Sequence record: OP795442
Reading direction: 5' to 3' (one strand)
DNA length: 64,000 nucleotides
Origin: Escherichia phage A7_1
In this document: in pieces, positions 17,032-26,802 of the stretch
How the letters are laid out: every line of letters begins with the position of its first letter
How positions within the stretch are numbered: position 1 is the stretch's first letter
Made by a program: the position numbers and the translations under genes
The notes under the pieces: model-generated
Database searches by the model: none
Told to the model about the DNA's origin: nothing
What the model saw: the letters and a program-made list of their open reading frames with translations, nothing else

Positions 17032-17370
17032 TTATAATTCTTCAGTATTTTCCACAGCATGAGCCAGTTCACTCAAGAAATCTTTCAAGCCGATGGTGTA
17101 CGATTCAACAAGAGCCTCTGCAATTTGGCTCTTAAACTCCGAATCGGCTAACTCTTCCATCCGGCTATGTACGTTGATGTTTGTAATCAGAAACTTAACG
17201 ATATAGCTCGCCTTGTAGAGCAAAGGGAAGTAATCTTCTACCATGTTTTCAATACGGAAGTATTTTTCTGCGTTGTATTCCCACATAAAAACAGCCGTCA
17301 GTTCTTTGGCAAGTTCATGGTCTTTTTTAGCCATTGCAATCAGATGTTCTATCTCTGCTTGTTCAACCAT
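17032..17370 (-). CDS. hypothetical protein (112 aa)
   Basis: Track ORF on the operon strand. Confidence 0.45.
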   Translation of the reverse strand: MVEQAEIEHLIAMAKKDHELAKELTAVFMWEYNAEKYFRIENMVEDYFPLLYKASYIVKFLITNINVHSRMEELADSEFKSQIAEALVESYTIGLKDFLSELAHAVENTEEL

Positions 17371-17582
17371 TAAATGACCTCCTCTTTAAGAATCTCACGA
17401 TGATCTGCGCTGTACCATCCTTTCATCGTATTAACTACACCAACAGCCTCGCCGTATGTTTCAAATTTCGATTCTTCATGTGGGCCAATACGGACAGTTA
17501 CCCAAAACAAGTTAAATACTTTACGATGAACTTCGTAATGCGTTGATTCACCTTTCCGAACTTTAACGATCCGAACTTTCAT
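17370..17582 (-). CDS. hypothetical protein (about 70 aa)
   Basis: Probable start at MKVRIVKV. Confidence 0.4.
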   Translation of the reverse strand: MKVRIVKVRKGESTHYEVHRKVFNLFWVTVRIGPHEESKFETYGEAVGVVNTMKGWYSADHREILKEEVI

Positions 17583-17778
17583 TATACCACCCTCCAAAAG
17601 TCATAAATGCTTGATCAACCATATCTTTCCACTCAGGGTAGAGAGCACAAATCATGATGTAGACCTCTTCATCAATGTCTTCACACTCCTCCATTTCCAA
17701 ATACTCTACCACAGGTATGGGCAGAAGGCAATTTATTTCTTTACCCCTGAATTTCAGACCCTTAACTAATTTTAGCAT
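17563..17778 (-). CDS. hypothetical acidic protein (71 aa) with shared C-terminal module
   Basis: Contains EDIDEEVYIMICALYPEW. Confidence 0.4.
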   Translation of the reverse strand: MLKLVKGLKFRGKEINCLLPIPVVEYLEMEECEDIDEEVYIMICALYPEWKDMVDQAFMTFGGWYNESSDR

Positions 17779-17779
17779 A

Positions 17780-18019
17780 TCAATCCTTAATCACGTAGAA
17801 TCCTGATTCGTTCATCAGGACAAATGACTTGCCGAAGAAATCCTTACGATTATCCAAAACAAGGTAGAATCTTCGCTCAGACGAGAGGTGATGTGGGTCA
17901 GCCATATAGCTTACCCTCGCCGTCATGCCCTTATTCTTCCCTCTTGTAATCCTTACCCTTGTACCATTCTCATATTTAATATCCACCGAACCTCCATCGC
18001 AACTCTTTATGAATCTCAT
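17780..18019 (-). CDS. hypothetical basic protein (79 aa)
   Basis: Track ORF. Confidence 0.4.
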   Translation of the reverse strand: MRFIKSCDGGSVDIKYENGTRVRITRGKNKGMTARVSYMADPHHLSSERRFYLVLDNRKDFFGKSFVLMNESGFYVIKD

Positions 18020-18479
18020 CCAACCCTGGTTTCAGTTTTGGAAGATCTCTTATAAACTCAGGATAGAGGACATTAACGAAGTCAATCTCATCATCTGTGG
18101 GTTTTTGAATATCTTCGAAATACTCGTCAAGATTGAATATCTGCCAATCCTTACACCCTGCCTTTCGGACACCCATGAAGATTTCATTGTTACAGGTAGC
18201 CATCCAGGAGATCCTAGATCCTTTACCATTCGCATTCGGCAATGTTGAAACACAGAAGCGTGGTACTTCCTGAACCTTAAAACCCTCGTCATAGTATCCA
18301 CGACCACGTTGAAATTTAAACTTGGTCTTTCCCACTCTTTGACTAATCTTCATATCTCGGCGAAAGCTGTGGTCCCCCGTATAGATCAGTTGACGAAGAC
18401 ACTGAGTATATCTGATCTTTTTCCAATTCCAATCTCGAATGAGTATTTCATAGACTTCCTTAAATGCTTCATACGCCAT
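17976..18479 (-). CDS. hypothetical protein (167 aa) with shared C-terminal module
   Basis: Contains PTDDEIDFVNVLYPEF. Confidence 0.45.
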   Translation of the reverse strand: MAYEAFKEVYEILIRDWNWKKIRYTQCLRQLIYTGDHSFRRDMKISQRVGKTKFKFQRGRGYYDEGFKVQEVPRFCVSTLPNANGKGSRISWMATCNNEIFMGVRKAGCKDWQIFNLDEYFEDIQKPTDDEIDFVNVLYPEFIRDLPKLKPGLDEIHKELRWRFGGY

Positions 18480-18708
18480 CGGAGGATTCCTTATCTAGAG
18501 CACCAACAATCTCGAACTTTGCTACGCCTAAAACAACCACATGACCCAAGGATTGTACACCTGTCCACGGAGTACCATTCCTCTTAGGTCGCTTACCAGT
18601 TACATCGCAGAAATCATTCCGCATTTCTGTTGCATCAAACAACTCGCCTTTCGGAAAAACATCTTTGAAGTCAGCGATCACGTTAAGACATTTCAGTTTC
18701 ATATTCAA
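18469..18708 (-). CDS. hypothetical protein (79 aa)
   Basis: Track ORF. Confidence 0.4.
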   Translation of the reverse strand: MNMKLKCLNVIADFKDVFPKGELFDATEMRNDFCDVTGKRPKRNGTPWTGVQSLGHVVVLGVAKFEIVGALDKESSDGV

Positions 18709-19045
18709 ACACTCCTCTCTCTAATCTTTGTTTGGCAAGTAACTCCCTTTGTGCTCTAAGTGGCATCCTGAAAAATATCACAACATTCTCCAAATCTGCC
18801 GCCCGTTTTTTAAGCTCTTTGGTGAATTTACCTTCCCGCTTAATTGCATCGTATATCTCTCTATACTCATATTCGATAGAGTTGTCTTCAAATATCCGGT
18901 TGGCGACCATATTATCAATCTCCATACCGATAGCTTCAAAGCTATACCAGTCTACATGTTCTTCTGTAACAGGACCTCTTTCTTTGTACACTTGTCCAGT
19001 TATTTCATTAACTACGATCGTTGTCATTGGAGTATCTCCTTGCAT
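18683..19045 (-). CDS. hypothetical protein (120 aa), paralog of 19008..19352
   Basis: Shares FFRMP-x-x-A-x-R and FEDxS motifs with neighbour. Confidence 0.45.
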   Translation of the reverse strand: MQGDTPMTTIVVNEITGQVYKERGPVTEEHVDWYSFEAIGMEIDNMVANRIFEDNSIEYEYREIYDAIKREGKFTKELKKRAADLENVVIFFRMPLRAQRELLAKQRLERGVFEYETEMS

Positions 19046-19352
19046 TATACGGCATCCTGAAAAAGTTTAAAAGGTTGTAGATAGCAGCAACCCTCTCTCT
19101 TACCTTTTCGTCAGAGAAACAATCAGGACCTTCGCTGCAAAGTTTAAAATCTATATCTTCCCACTCAGCGACCACAGATTCGTCTTCGAAAACTCCCTTT
19201 TCAAACATCATCCGAATCTCCATCTCCATACCCTTGAAGATTGTAAAAGTAACATCTTCAGGATCAAGGTATGATACATTGTCTATAAAGAGGCCCCTTT
19301 CGGGATAAATGACCATATGCAAAATAATCCTCCTGTGTCCAATATAATCCAC
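19008..19352 (-). CDS. hypothetical protein (114 aa), paralog of 18683..19045
   Basis: Shares FFRMP and VFEDES motifs. Confidence 0.45.
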   Translation of the reverse strand: MDYIGHRRIILHMVIYPERGLFIDNVSYLDPEDVTFTIFKGMEMEIRMMFEKGVFEDESVVAEWEDIDFKLCSEGPDCFSDEKVRERVAAIYNLLNFFRMPYNARRYSNDNDRS

Positions 19353-19440
19353 CCAGAAGCGATTTTGACGAGGTTTTCTTAATATAATGATAAATCACCT
19401 TACCTCGTCGTAGACCTCGTTAGAATCGTTCTGAGAGCGT

Positions 19441-19695
19441 TTAAGCCATACCGAGCAAATTCATCTCTTTTAACAGACCTTCCAAGGTAGCATTAAACAA
19501 CACTGGCTTACCTTCCTCCAACTTATTGAAGAAGATTTCATGAATTTCATTATCTATCTTCTCCATCTCTTTTACCACCTCATCTGACAAAAAGATATCG
19601 CTACCTTTTAACCCAGGAAACATCAAGAGGATTGCTATTTTTGAATCAGTTGCCCAACCCCTTCCACCATCGAGACTGAATATCTTAATCATCAT
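19441..19695 (-). CDS. hypothetical protein (84 aa)
   Basis: Track ORF. Confidence 0.4.
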   Translation of the reverse strand: MMIKIFSLDGGRGWATDSKIAILLMFPGLKGSDIFLSDEVVKEMEKIDNEIHEIFFNKLEEGKPVLFNATLEGLLKEMNLLGMA

Positions 19696-19993
19696 TTACC
19701 TCCAGATTAGCCAGTGCAGTTCGGACTTGAAGAAGAGTTGCCCCTCTCGACTCATTTCTCTCTGAGAAATCACGAATCATCATCTTGCACTTCATTTCTT
19801 CTTCAGTACGGAGAATCTTCTGTTCGATCAGTTTGTAAACTTGGCCTGCTCTTTCTGGAAACAACGCTGCAAAGAGATTCCAATCTTCCAATCTACCTTC
19901 GTAAGACTCTCCAGAAGTAAAGTACCGATCTCTTTCGATACTGTCAACAAAATAGTAGCCGAATTCACCATAACGCCAAGTTTCATTTTTCAT
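19685..19993 (-). CDS. hypothetical protein (102 aa), paralog of 20155..20394
   Basis: Shares ERDRYFTS...EGR-EDW motif. Confidence 0.45.
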   Translation of the reverse strand: MKNETWRYGEFGYYFVDSIERDRYFTSGESYEGRLEDWNLFAALFPERAGQVYKLIEQKILRTEEEMKCKMMIRDFSERNESRGATLLQVRTALANLEVNDD

Positions 19994-20151
19994 TTGATGT
20001 ACCGAGCAGCAGCCGTACCGATAAGTAAACCAGCAGGAACTGCGACAATGATAGCTTCAATCATTTTGAGATCTGCTGCAACACATGCTGCACCAACAAC
20101 AACAGAACCAGCCCAGATAGCAATTACACGTTTCAAAAATTTAGTATTCAT
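19990..20151 (-). CDS. hypothetical small membrane protein (about 53 aa), absent from track
   Basis: Read by eye as MNTKFLKRVIAIWAGSVVVGAACVAADLKMIEAIIVAVPAGLLIGTAAARYIK. Confidence 0.3.
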   Translation of the reverse strand: MNTKFLKRVIAIWAGSVVVGAACVAADLKMIEAIIVAVPAGLLIGTAAARYIK

Positions 20152-20154
20152 TTG

Positions 20155-20394
20155 TTAGTCTCCTGATTTTGTTAAGTTTTCTTTTATTTTTACGTACTCG
20201 ATTAAAGATTTTGCGAGATCACCATCGATTTTCTCACAAACCATGAGTATCTCTCTTACCTTTTCGGGATGAACAGATTCATAGAATTTCCAATCCTCTG
20301 TTCTCCCTTCTGTGGTTTGGGAAGTGAAGTATTCTTCTCTGTCCCGCTCCGGTAAGAGATAATATACAAGACTTAGCTTCCTCTCGTCAAGCAT
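20155..20394 (-). CDS. hypothetical protein (79 aa), paralog of 19685..19993
   Basis: Shares ERDREEYFTS...EGRTEDW motif. Confidence 0.45.
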   Translation of the reverse strand: MLDERKLSLVYYLLPERDREEYFTSQTTEGRTEDWKFYESVHPEKVREILMVCEKIDGDLAKSLIEYVKIKENLTKSGD

Positions 20395-20403
20395 TTTATC
20401 ACC

Positions 20404-20778
20404 TTATTCGTAAAAAACCTTATCCGCTTGTTCTTTCAGCCACCCCTGTCGGAAAGCACTCTTAAGTATTTCTGCCCACTTCGGATTTGCTGCCTCTAAG
20501 AGAAGTACCTCTTCTTTCTCTATGTTCATAGGGTCAGCAAAGAAATCCAAAATCTGCTCATTGAAGACACCCTCTATCAAGATCCCTTTGTATTTCAACG
20601 TCAAACGTTTTGCCATAAAACCTTGAGATAATAAAGCCTCATCTAGATCGAGTTTCGTAGTTGGAGGGTTTGGAAAAGGAAAACCCTGCATCGGTGTTGG
20701 TGATGCACCTGTCTTCACAAAAGTGTTCCCACCAGTTTTATTGAAGAAACCTTTCATATTTTTATCGTACAATGACAT
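20404..20778 (-). CDS. hypothetical protein (124 aa)
   Basis: Track ORF. Confidence 0.45.
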   Translation of the reverse strand: MSLYDKNMKGFFNKTGGNTFVKTGASPTPMQGFPFPNPPTTKLDLDEALLSQGFMAKRLTLKYKGILIEGVFNEQILDFFADPMNIEKEEVLLLEAANPKWAEILKSAFRQGWLKEQADKVFYE

Positions 20779-21217
20779 TTTCTACCCTCTCTTGAATTTT
20801 TATCTCTGCCTCATCTAAAGCTTCCCCCATTGCAAGGAGATACCTTGAAATTTCAGGGAACAACGCTTCAAACATCTCCACCTCATCTTCAAGGATATCC
20901 GTTGGATCGAGGAAATACTCTTCAAGGACTATTCGCTTTGTCACGCTCTTGTTGCCGTAAGTAACAAAAACGAAACGATCAGGTTTCCCAATAGAATCTT
21001 TGGAGGTTCTCCATTGGAAAAGATGCCTGTTTGAACTTATGTTTATCCTTTTGTCAGCCTTGTCCAGCGGGATTCTAAAACTTACGGATGCTGACATTCC
21101 TTCGGATTGAGTCCATTTTTCACTCTTCTTAAAAATATTGTTCCGGTATCTGTTTTTACCTAAGGCATTAAAAGTCCACTGCCTGCTCAATCTCTCGATT
21201 ATCTCTTTAGTTTTCAA
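20762..21217 (-). CDS. hypothetical protein (151 aa) with shared C-terminal module
   Basis: Contains PTDILEDEVEMFEALFPE. Confidence 0.45.
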   Translation of the reverse strand: MKTKEIIERLSRQWTFNALGKNRYRNNIFKKSEKWTQSEGMSASVSFRIPLDKADKRINISSNRHLFQWRTSKDSIGKPDRFVFVTYGNKSVTKRIVLEEYFLDPTDILEDEVEMFEALFPEISRYLLAMGEALDEAEIKIQERVENVIVR

Positions 21218-21735
21218 AACGGTATGTCCTCGTCAACAATAAATTTTATAGCATTCTTTACAGCCGCTTTATTCAGATGTTGAACACGCTGGAAGAACAT
21301 TAGGTTCAAGTCAAGAAGAATATCATCATCTCCGTACAACGCCGTGAAAAGATCAAGCTCTTCATCTGTCGGATGCGTGGGATTCTCAAATAAGCCCTCA
21401 AACACCACCTGGGCCTCATTTCTTTTAGCCAGCGTGGTTGAGTCTCGATAGATATTTAATACCGTGTGTACATCATCTACGCTTAGGATTTTGACACATT
21501 CCAGATCTCCTGTGTCACCATTGAGATAAAGAGTGATCGCAGGAGTTGACCAATTTGATTCACTTATTGCATAAACGTAGATGCTTTTGCGATTACCAAC
21601 TGCAATAGACTCTTCAATTTTCTTTTCTGCCGCCTTAAAGAAAGGTTGGTGTTTGATCCAATGCTCCCAACCAATCCAACGAGCACCCTTACCATACGCA
21701 TTCAGCACATGATTCTCAATGTTACGTTTACTCAT
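21214..21735 (-). CDS. hypothetical protein (173 aa) with shared C-terminal module
   Basis: Contains PTDEELDLFTALYGDD. Confidence 0.5.
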   Translation of the reverse strand: MSKRNIENHVLNAYGKGARWIGWEHWIKHQPFFKAAEKKIEESIAVGNRKSIYVYAISESNWSTPAITLYLNGDTGDLECVKILSVDDVHTVLNIYRDSTTLAKRNEAQVVFEGLFENPTHPTDEELDLFTALYGDDDILLDLNLMFFQRVQHLNKAAVKNAIKFIVDEDIPF

Positions 21736-21787
21736 TTAAAACCCCCATAAAAGAAAAGCCAGCCACCTTTCGGTGACTGGCCTAGAG

Positions 21788-22285
21788 TTAGCTACTAATC
21801 ACCACGAATGCAGTAACTATAGCATACAGAAATCCAATTGCAACAAAAATTATCATAATGGGGTCAGAGGTTACTCGCTTAAGTTTTCCTAAGAAAGTTG
21901 ATCGGTATTTGTGTTCCTTCTCCATTTTGTTTATCAAAATGATGAAAGAGTTGATATGAATATCTTCAGCACTCTCTGCAAAAGGTGTGTACTTAAACGT
22001 ACCTTCTGTGTTTGCGACGAAGCTGCTGTGATACTTTTTACCATCATAACTTTCTATGAGAAGACCATCCTTTGTCACCCGATAACTGACCGAACGGAAC
22101 TTGTCATAAAAAACGTATGCTCTAAATCCTTCCTGATCGGGACTGGCCCTTCTGACGAATCCGTCAAAAAACTCCAATCTCTTTCCAGAATTTAGTTCCA
22201 CGTTGTCAGCTAACATAGGGAGTTGACTTACATATGTAAAGTACATAATGACCATCCTTCCACTAAGCTGAACACATTTTATCAT
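21788..22285 (-). CDS. hypothetical protein (165 aa), C-terminal membrane anchor
   Basis: C-terminal hydrophobic helix. Confidence 0.5.
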   Translation of the reverse strand: MIKCVQLSGRMVIMYFTYVSQLPMLADNVELNSGKRLEFFDGFVRRASPDQEGFRAYVFYDKFRSVSYRVTKDGLLIESYDGKKYHSSFVANTEGTFKYTPFAESAEDIHINSFIILINKMEKEHKYRSTFLGKLKRVTSDPIMIIFVAIGFLYAIVTAFVVISS

Positions 22286-22447
22286 ATTATGAAAAAATAC
22301 AACAGCGAAGATCGGTCATGAACACTATGTTGTTAATTTTTACAACAAGACTCCAAAAAAGTATTTAAATAACTTAAATCGATTTTAATACATAGAAAAT
22401 ACCTATGGACCAGATCTGACCCATAGGGTATACCTTAATGTGAAATT

Positions 22448-23026
22448 TTATTCATTTCCTCGATATTTTTGAATCGCGATCGAAGTCCTTGGTTCAGCCA
22501 GGCCAGTTCCGTATGCATACCATTTACCAGTGAGTGTTTTTCGAGCACCGTAGGACCCAATCTCCATATCGTCACAATAAACATCGTAACCGATCGGAGT
22601 CTTAATTAAAAAGAGTACGTCACGAGGAATCCCTAAGAGGGTAAACATCGATATGGCATCTTTTGCGATCTCGTGAGAAATCTTCTCTGCATTCTTTTTA
22701 CTACTGGCACTTCTAAACAGTTCCATCTTTAAGAAGATATTGAAATGAATATCATCAAGAACCATCTCATCACGAAAGCATGGGGTCACAGCCATCCAAC
22801 TGCCATCTTCCAACTTCCCCTCTTTGTCGAGTTGAAGGAATGATTGCTCTGCGGAAGCTACTGCGTATTTCCCGTTCTGGACAATGCGAAGATCAGTAAC
22901 ATCTTCGGGGCATGTATGGTCCATAGCATCATCATCCACATAGCTTGGGACAACCTTATCATTGAAACCTTTACATTTCCACCAACTATGAGCATCAATA
23001 AACAATGTGAAGTCAATGTTTGACAT
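22448..23026 (-). CDS. hypothetical protein (192 aa)
   Basis: Probable start at MSNIDF, just after upstream stop. Confidence 0.45.
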   Translation of the reverse strand: MSNIDFTLFIDAHSWWKCKGFNDKVVPSYVDDDAMDHTCPEDVTDLRIVQNGKYAVASAEQSFLQLDKEGKLEDGSWMAVTPCFRDEMVLDDIHFNIFLKMELFRSASSKKNAEKISHEIAKDAISMFTLLGIPRDVLFLIKTPIGYDVYCDDMEIGSYGARKTLTGKWYAYGTGLAEPRTSIAIQKYRGNE

Positions 23027-23027
23027 T

Positions 23028-23630
23028 TTAGCCTCGCTTACCATTCTGGAATGCACGTTTAGTGATTTTTGACATAACCATCAGGTCTTCCAGTGAAGTG
23101 CTCGGATGATGCTTATTCAAGTAGGCTTCCACAGCACCAACCAGATCAGAAAGCTCTACCAACTCCATGATCTTGCATTTTTGTTTGGCTGCATCCTTAA
23201 GTTCATCAAGTTCTTCTTGAATCTTAGTGATCTCTCCAAGTTCTCCACGAGGGAAAGTATCCAGATGATAACCTGGTTTTTGTTCTTCGATCTCTTCATG
23301 TCCGACAACACGAAATTTTCCGGCAGCGAAACGCCAAACACCTTCAAAATACACAATGTAATGTTCCGACTCTACAATGAAGATAGTGTCGAAATTTTTA
23401 AATTTGAAAAATCCTTCAACAAGATTATCTTCTGTACTGAAACTTCCTAAGAAGTTGAGTTCTTGCTCCGTATGAAATTCGATAACCATATTTTCGTTCT
23501 GGAGTTTCGTCAGCAATTTTAAAATTTTCATTTTCTCTCCTCTTATGGGCAACACCGTGGAGATCTTCCACAGAAGAATTGCCAATTGGTTTCTGAATCT
23601 TTGTGGTTTACAAAACCTATCCTTCCGCAC
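23028..23630 (-). CDS. hypothetical protein (200 aa), weak MazG-like helix
   Basis: EELDELKDA...ELVELSDL segment; too short for a firm family call. Confidence 0.4.
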   Translation of the reverse strand: MRKDRFCKPQRFRNQLAILLWKISTVLPIRGEKMKILKLLTKLQNENMVIEFHTEQELNFLGSFSTEDNLVEGFFKFKNFDTIFIVESEHYIVYFEGVWRFAAGKFRVVGHEEIEEQKPGYHLDTFPRGELGEITKIQEELDELKDAAKQKCKIMELVELSDLVGAVEAYLNKHHPSTSLEDLMVMSKITKRAFQNGKRG

Positions 23631-24031
23631 CCTTTCCCACTACAAACCGCTTCACGAGGATGATAGTCTATACTGCAAGAGTGGGGATGATCAAATGCCT
23701 CCTGTATTTCAACACAGAGTCTACTTAACCAAGCGAACATTTTTGGCATAGAAGCTTCAAGGAGTTTAAGTTCATCGACCGTAGGTTTGTCTTTCTCCAT
23801 GAAGAAGTCATTTATCTCGGAAAACAAAATCACGTTTTGAACTATACCGCTGCTTACCTTGTAAGAGAACTCCTCAGTAAGTCTCACAGTAACTTCCTCT
23901 ATCAATTCTTTTTCATTATCTTGATCTTTTGCTAATCTTTCTTCAATCCATCGGATAACGAAGAATCTTTCTCTCTGAACATCCATGTTCAAAGTATTGA
24001 TTATTTTTTCATAGATTAGGTTTCCTTCCAT
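23543..24031 (-). CDS. hypothetical protein (162 aa), Cys-rich C-terminus
   Basis: Contains KPTVDELKLLEASMPKMF and a C-terminal Cys cluster. Confidence 0.45.
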   Translation of the reverse strand: MEGNLIYEKIINTLNMDVQRERFFVIRWIEERLAKDQDNEKELIEEVTVRLTEEFSYKVSSGIVQNVILFSEINDFFMEKDKPTVDELKLLEASMPKMFAWLSRLCVEIQEAFDHPHSCSIDYHPREAVCSGKGCGRIGFVNHKDSETNWQFFCGRSPRCCP

Positions 24032-25143
24032 ACCTTGTCTTGTGCCTCCAGGATAAGTTTTTCAACAATCTTCAGATCTGTTTTCTTTGGTAAGCTCGAT
24101 TGCTTATAAAGAACATCTGTGATCATTTTATCTTTTTCTTCAGCCCACTCAACAATTTCTTCATAGCGGTATTCACCATTTCGGATTGCGAGGAGTTCTT
24201 CAGCGTCTGGTCGATTCACTAAAACTTTACCTTCTGTGAGGATTTCTTCACCCATCCGAAGAAGCCGGACCAAATGCATAGCATGTTTAGTGTCGTAACC
24301 GAACTTCTCTTCCAGTTCATGACGCTTCTCGTTACGATTCTTAACCCACTCCCAGTAGTTGTGGTGTTTCTCCTTGGCCCATTTATGATCGTCAGCACAA
24401 TACTTAACAATCATCAGAGTCTTGCCTCTTTTAACTTCCTCTGGGATTTCTTCATAGTCTAGCTTACGGATAGAACCATCTTTATTAAACATTGGTTGAA
24501 CATCTTCACTACGATCTTCTACAACACCGTAAATGTTACCACCGTAAGGAACCAAAGTACAGAAGCCTTCCATGTTTTTAAATTTACGAACAAAGTCTTC
24601 GTACTTCAACTCACCTTCTCCGAGATAGCTCTGCACCAGACGGAAATAGTCAAATTGAGTTGGTGGCTCTTTTGGTTGCGGATTATTAATGTGTTTGTTG
24701 TGACCCTTGATCCGCTTTAACTGAGACATTGCATAACCACTGAAGCGAAATGCAACTTCACGAGACAGTAAGGAGTAGAAATGTTCTTTCATCTCTTTCC
24801 AAGCTTCGTGCTCGTACAATGTGGCTTTCGGATCAGTAAAACCCAGTTCAATGATATTTGGGTTCATCTTCGAAAACAGTTGAAGGAAAGTTCCCAATTC
24901 GTAGATCTTGGCATCCTCTTCACCAGGGATGTTTAATTCAGTAACCTCTTTGAATGGGGTACGAACCACATTTGGGGTTGCAACAAAAACCCCACGGATA
25001 TCAATATCACTACCTTCGTTATTCGTACCATACGCATGAGATCCTGCCAGACTCAACATCAGTACCTTCGCTACGTCTGGATGCTTTTCCATCTTCTCTA
25101 CGATACTTTTTACCTTTCCAGCACTCACAACTGAATTTTCCAT
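24016..25143 (-). CDS. Pol-beta-superfamily nucleotidyltransferase-like protein (375 aa)
   Basis: N-terminal GSHAYG...SDIDIRG motif (GS-x-D-x-D). Confidence 0.45.
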   Translation of the reverse strand: MENSVVSAGKVKSIVEKMEKHPDVAKVLMLSLAGSHAYGTNNEGSDIDIRGVFVATPNVVRTPFKEVTELNIPGEEDAKIYELGTFLQLFSKMNPNIIELGFTDPKATLYEHEAWKEMKEHFYSLLSREVAFRFSGYAMSQLKRIKGHNKHINNPQPKEPPTQFDYFRLVQSYLGEGELKYEDFVRKFKNMEGFCTLVPYGGNIYGVVEDRSEDVQPMFNKDGSIRKLDYEEIPEEVKRGKTLMIVKYCADDHKWAKEKHHNYWEWVKNRNEKRHELEEKFGYDTKHAMHLVRLLRMGEEILTEGKVLVNRPDAEELLAIRNGEYRYEEIVEWAEEKDKMITDVLYKQSSLPKKTDLKIVEKLILEAQDKVWKET

Positions 25144-25233
25144 TTATCCTCCAATCATGTAAGTCACACAAGCCAACCCAGTTGGCCTGTTTAATCTTTA
25201 TAAAGTTTACGCAGCTTGTGCAATCTTTTTTAT

Positions 25234-25629
25234 TTATAGGCATTTCACACCATAAATGATCATCAACACAACAAGTGTCAACGTATAAAAGAAGCTCCCG
25301 TAAAGTCCATAACTGGTAATTTTAAGCTTTTTCTTAAAGCACATCATTGTACTATAAATTACACCAGTCCAGTGAATCACTAAAATCGCGGTGGCAATAT
25401 CTGAAACATTACCCGCCCAAAGCATCAGAGAGTATGAGAGGTACATTGCAAAACCTGATAGCAAGAATGTAAACAAATAACCAATTACACTTTTCTTTTT
25501 CTGATCTACGATTTTATTTTTCATGGTATCGATATTCAGATTGTAGTAGGCAACCACCACCATCTGGATAATCAACCCCAGGATAAAGAAAGAGATCAGT
25601 GTAACGTATTCAAAAATTGGTGCAGTCAT
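25234..25629 (-). CDS. hypothetical integral membrane protein (131 aa)
   Basis: Four hydrophobic segments. Confidence 0.5.
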   Translation of the reverse strand: MTAPIFEYVTLISFFILGLIIQMVVVAYYNLNIDTMKNKIVDQKKKSVIGYLFTFLLSGFAMYLSYSLMLWAGNVSDIATAILVIHWTGVIYSTMMCFKKKLKITSYGLYGSFFYTLTLVVLMIIYGVKCL

Positions 25630-26027
25630 TATAATTTCTCCTCAATAATTTCAGAAATGAGATTCGAGATCTCGAAAGTTTCTAACTCTTCGACGTGTGA
25701 CAAGCGCCGGAGGCGCTCGATAACAAAGTCTTTCTTCACAAACACATCCGACAGATGCTCAATGTCCTGCTTACCACGCATTCCGCTAACCAACTGCTTG
25801 TATCGGATGAGTTCAATATACTCTTCTTTGGACATTACTGTCAAGCGTTCATCTGCACAAATATGCAAAAATACTTGCTTGCTGTCCCAGTCGAACCCAT
25901 TGTGCACTGCTTCTACTTCACGGTGAGGTGTCCCGCCAATTGTTACATGACCAACCTCAACGGGGATAGATACCTGATCATCAGGTCGGCACTGCTGCAA
26001 CTCCTCAATCAATTCAGATACTTTCAT
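25629..26027 (-). CDS. hypothetical protein (132 aa)
   Basis: Track ORF. Confidence 0.5.
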   Translation of the reverse strand: MKVSELIEELQQCRPDDQVSIPVEVGHVTIGGTPHREVEAVHNGFDWDSKQVFLHICADERLTVMSKEEYIELIRYKQLVSGMRGKQDIEHLSDVFVKKDFVIERLRRLSHVEELETFEISNLISEIIEEKL

Positions 26028-26029
26028 AG

Positions 26030-26485
26030 TTACCCCTGTTTAAGCTTAAAAGATTTAAAGGCTTCGATAAAGTCCATTTCTTTTTGCGTGTATTTGTGGT
26101 CAATTGTATCAGCGAAAAGAGGGCAACGACCATCAACCAACTTCACATCCCACAGATGTTGAGGGAGAATAAATGCAATGGCTGTAAGTGCACCATTCAA
26201 AGAATCATTCTCCTCGCAGAAAAATGCGTAAGGAATCTTCTCTATGTTTGGAGCTAAAAATCCTTCTGCAAAATTAAGCATCTTAGATTGATAGCCTCCG
26301 TTCAACAAGATCATTGTTTGGTCTTTGCTTTGCCACTGATCTACAAGGTTGTATCTGTCATCATATCGATCGGCATAGGCAAAGCCATAATGACCTACAA
26401 GGTTTGCTGCTGCATGTGCTGCTTGGATACCTGCTTGGATTCCCATCATGTAGCTGTTTACCAATACGTACATCCGAGTTTTCAA
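26030..26485 (-). CDS. hypothetical protein, possibly peptidyl-tRNA hydrolase (Pth2)-like
   Basis: N-terminal MGIQAGIQAAHAA pattern recalled from PTH2; weak. Confidence 0.3.
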   Translation of the reverse strand: MKTRMYVLVNSYMMGIQAGIQAAHAAANLVGHYGFAYADRYDDRYNLVDQWQSKDQTMILLNGGYQSKMLNFAEGFLAPNIEKIPYAFFCEENDSLNGALTAIAFILPQHLWDVKLVDGRCPLFADTIDHKYTQKEMDFIEAFKSFKLKQG

Positions 26486-26802
26486 TTCTTACCTCCGAAA
26501 ATTCTTTTTGCAAATTTTTCATTACCTAACGTCATGTTGTAGAAAACTATAATTGAATAGACAATCCACGCAAGGACATAAAATAAAATCAAGAAAGGCC
26601 AGCCCACAAACCAAAACACTGTCATTATTAACCAGCCCGTCATAAGGAGTTTATAATTAACATTCCCGTGATTTAAAGGGTCAAGTAAGTTACTGTTCTC
26701 TGGCAGGGTGATACGAAACCCACCTTGACGAAGCTTGATCAAAAAGAACCAAGCAGCAGAACTTATAATGCAACATAAAATATATATCAGTAATCCTGTC
26801 AT
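26482..26802 (-). CDS. hypothetical membrane protein (106 aa), tandem paralog A
   Basis: FLLIKLRQGGF motif shared with neighbour; two TM segments. Confidence 0.5.
   Translation of the reverse strand: MTGLLIYILCCIISSAAWFFLIKLRQGGFRITLPENSNLLDPLNHGNVNYKLLMTGWLIMTVFWFVGWPFLILFYVLAWIVYSIIVFYNMTLGNEKFAKRIFGGKN

Noticed and set aside
23028-23630. MazG-like nucleotide pyrophosphohydrolase call
   Set aside because: Only a short EELDEL...ELVELSDL helix resembles MazG, and the same helix-like module recurs in several unrelated neighbouring ORFs; kept as hypothetical.
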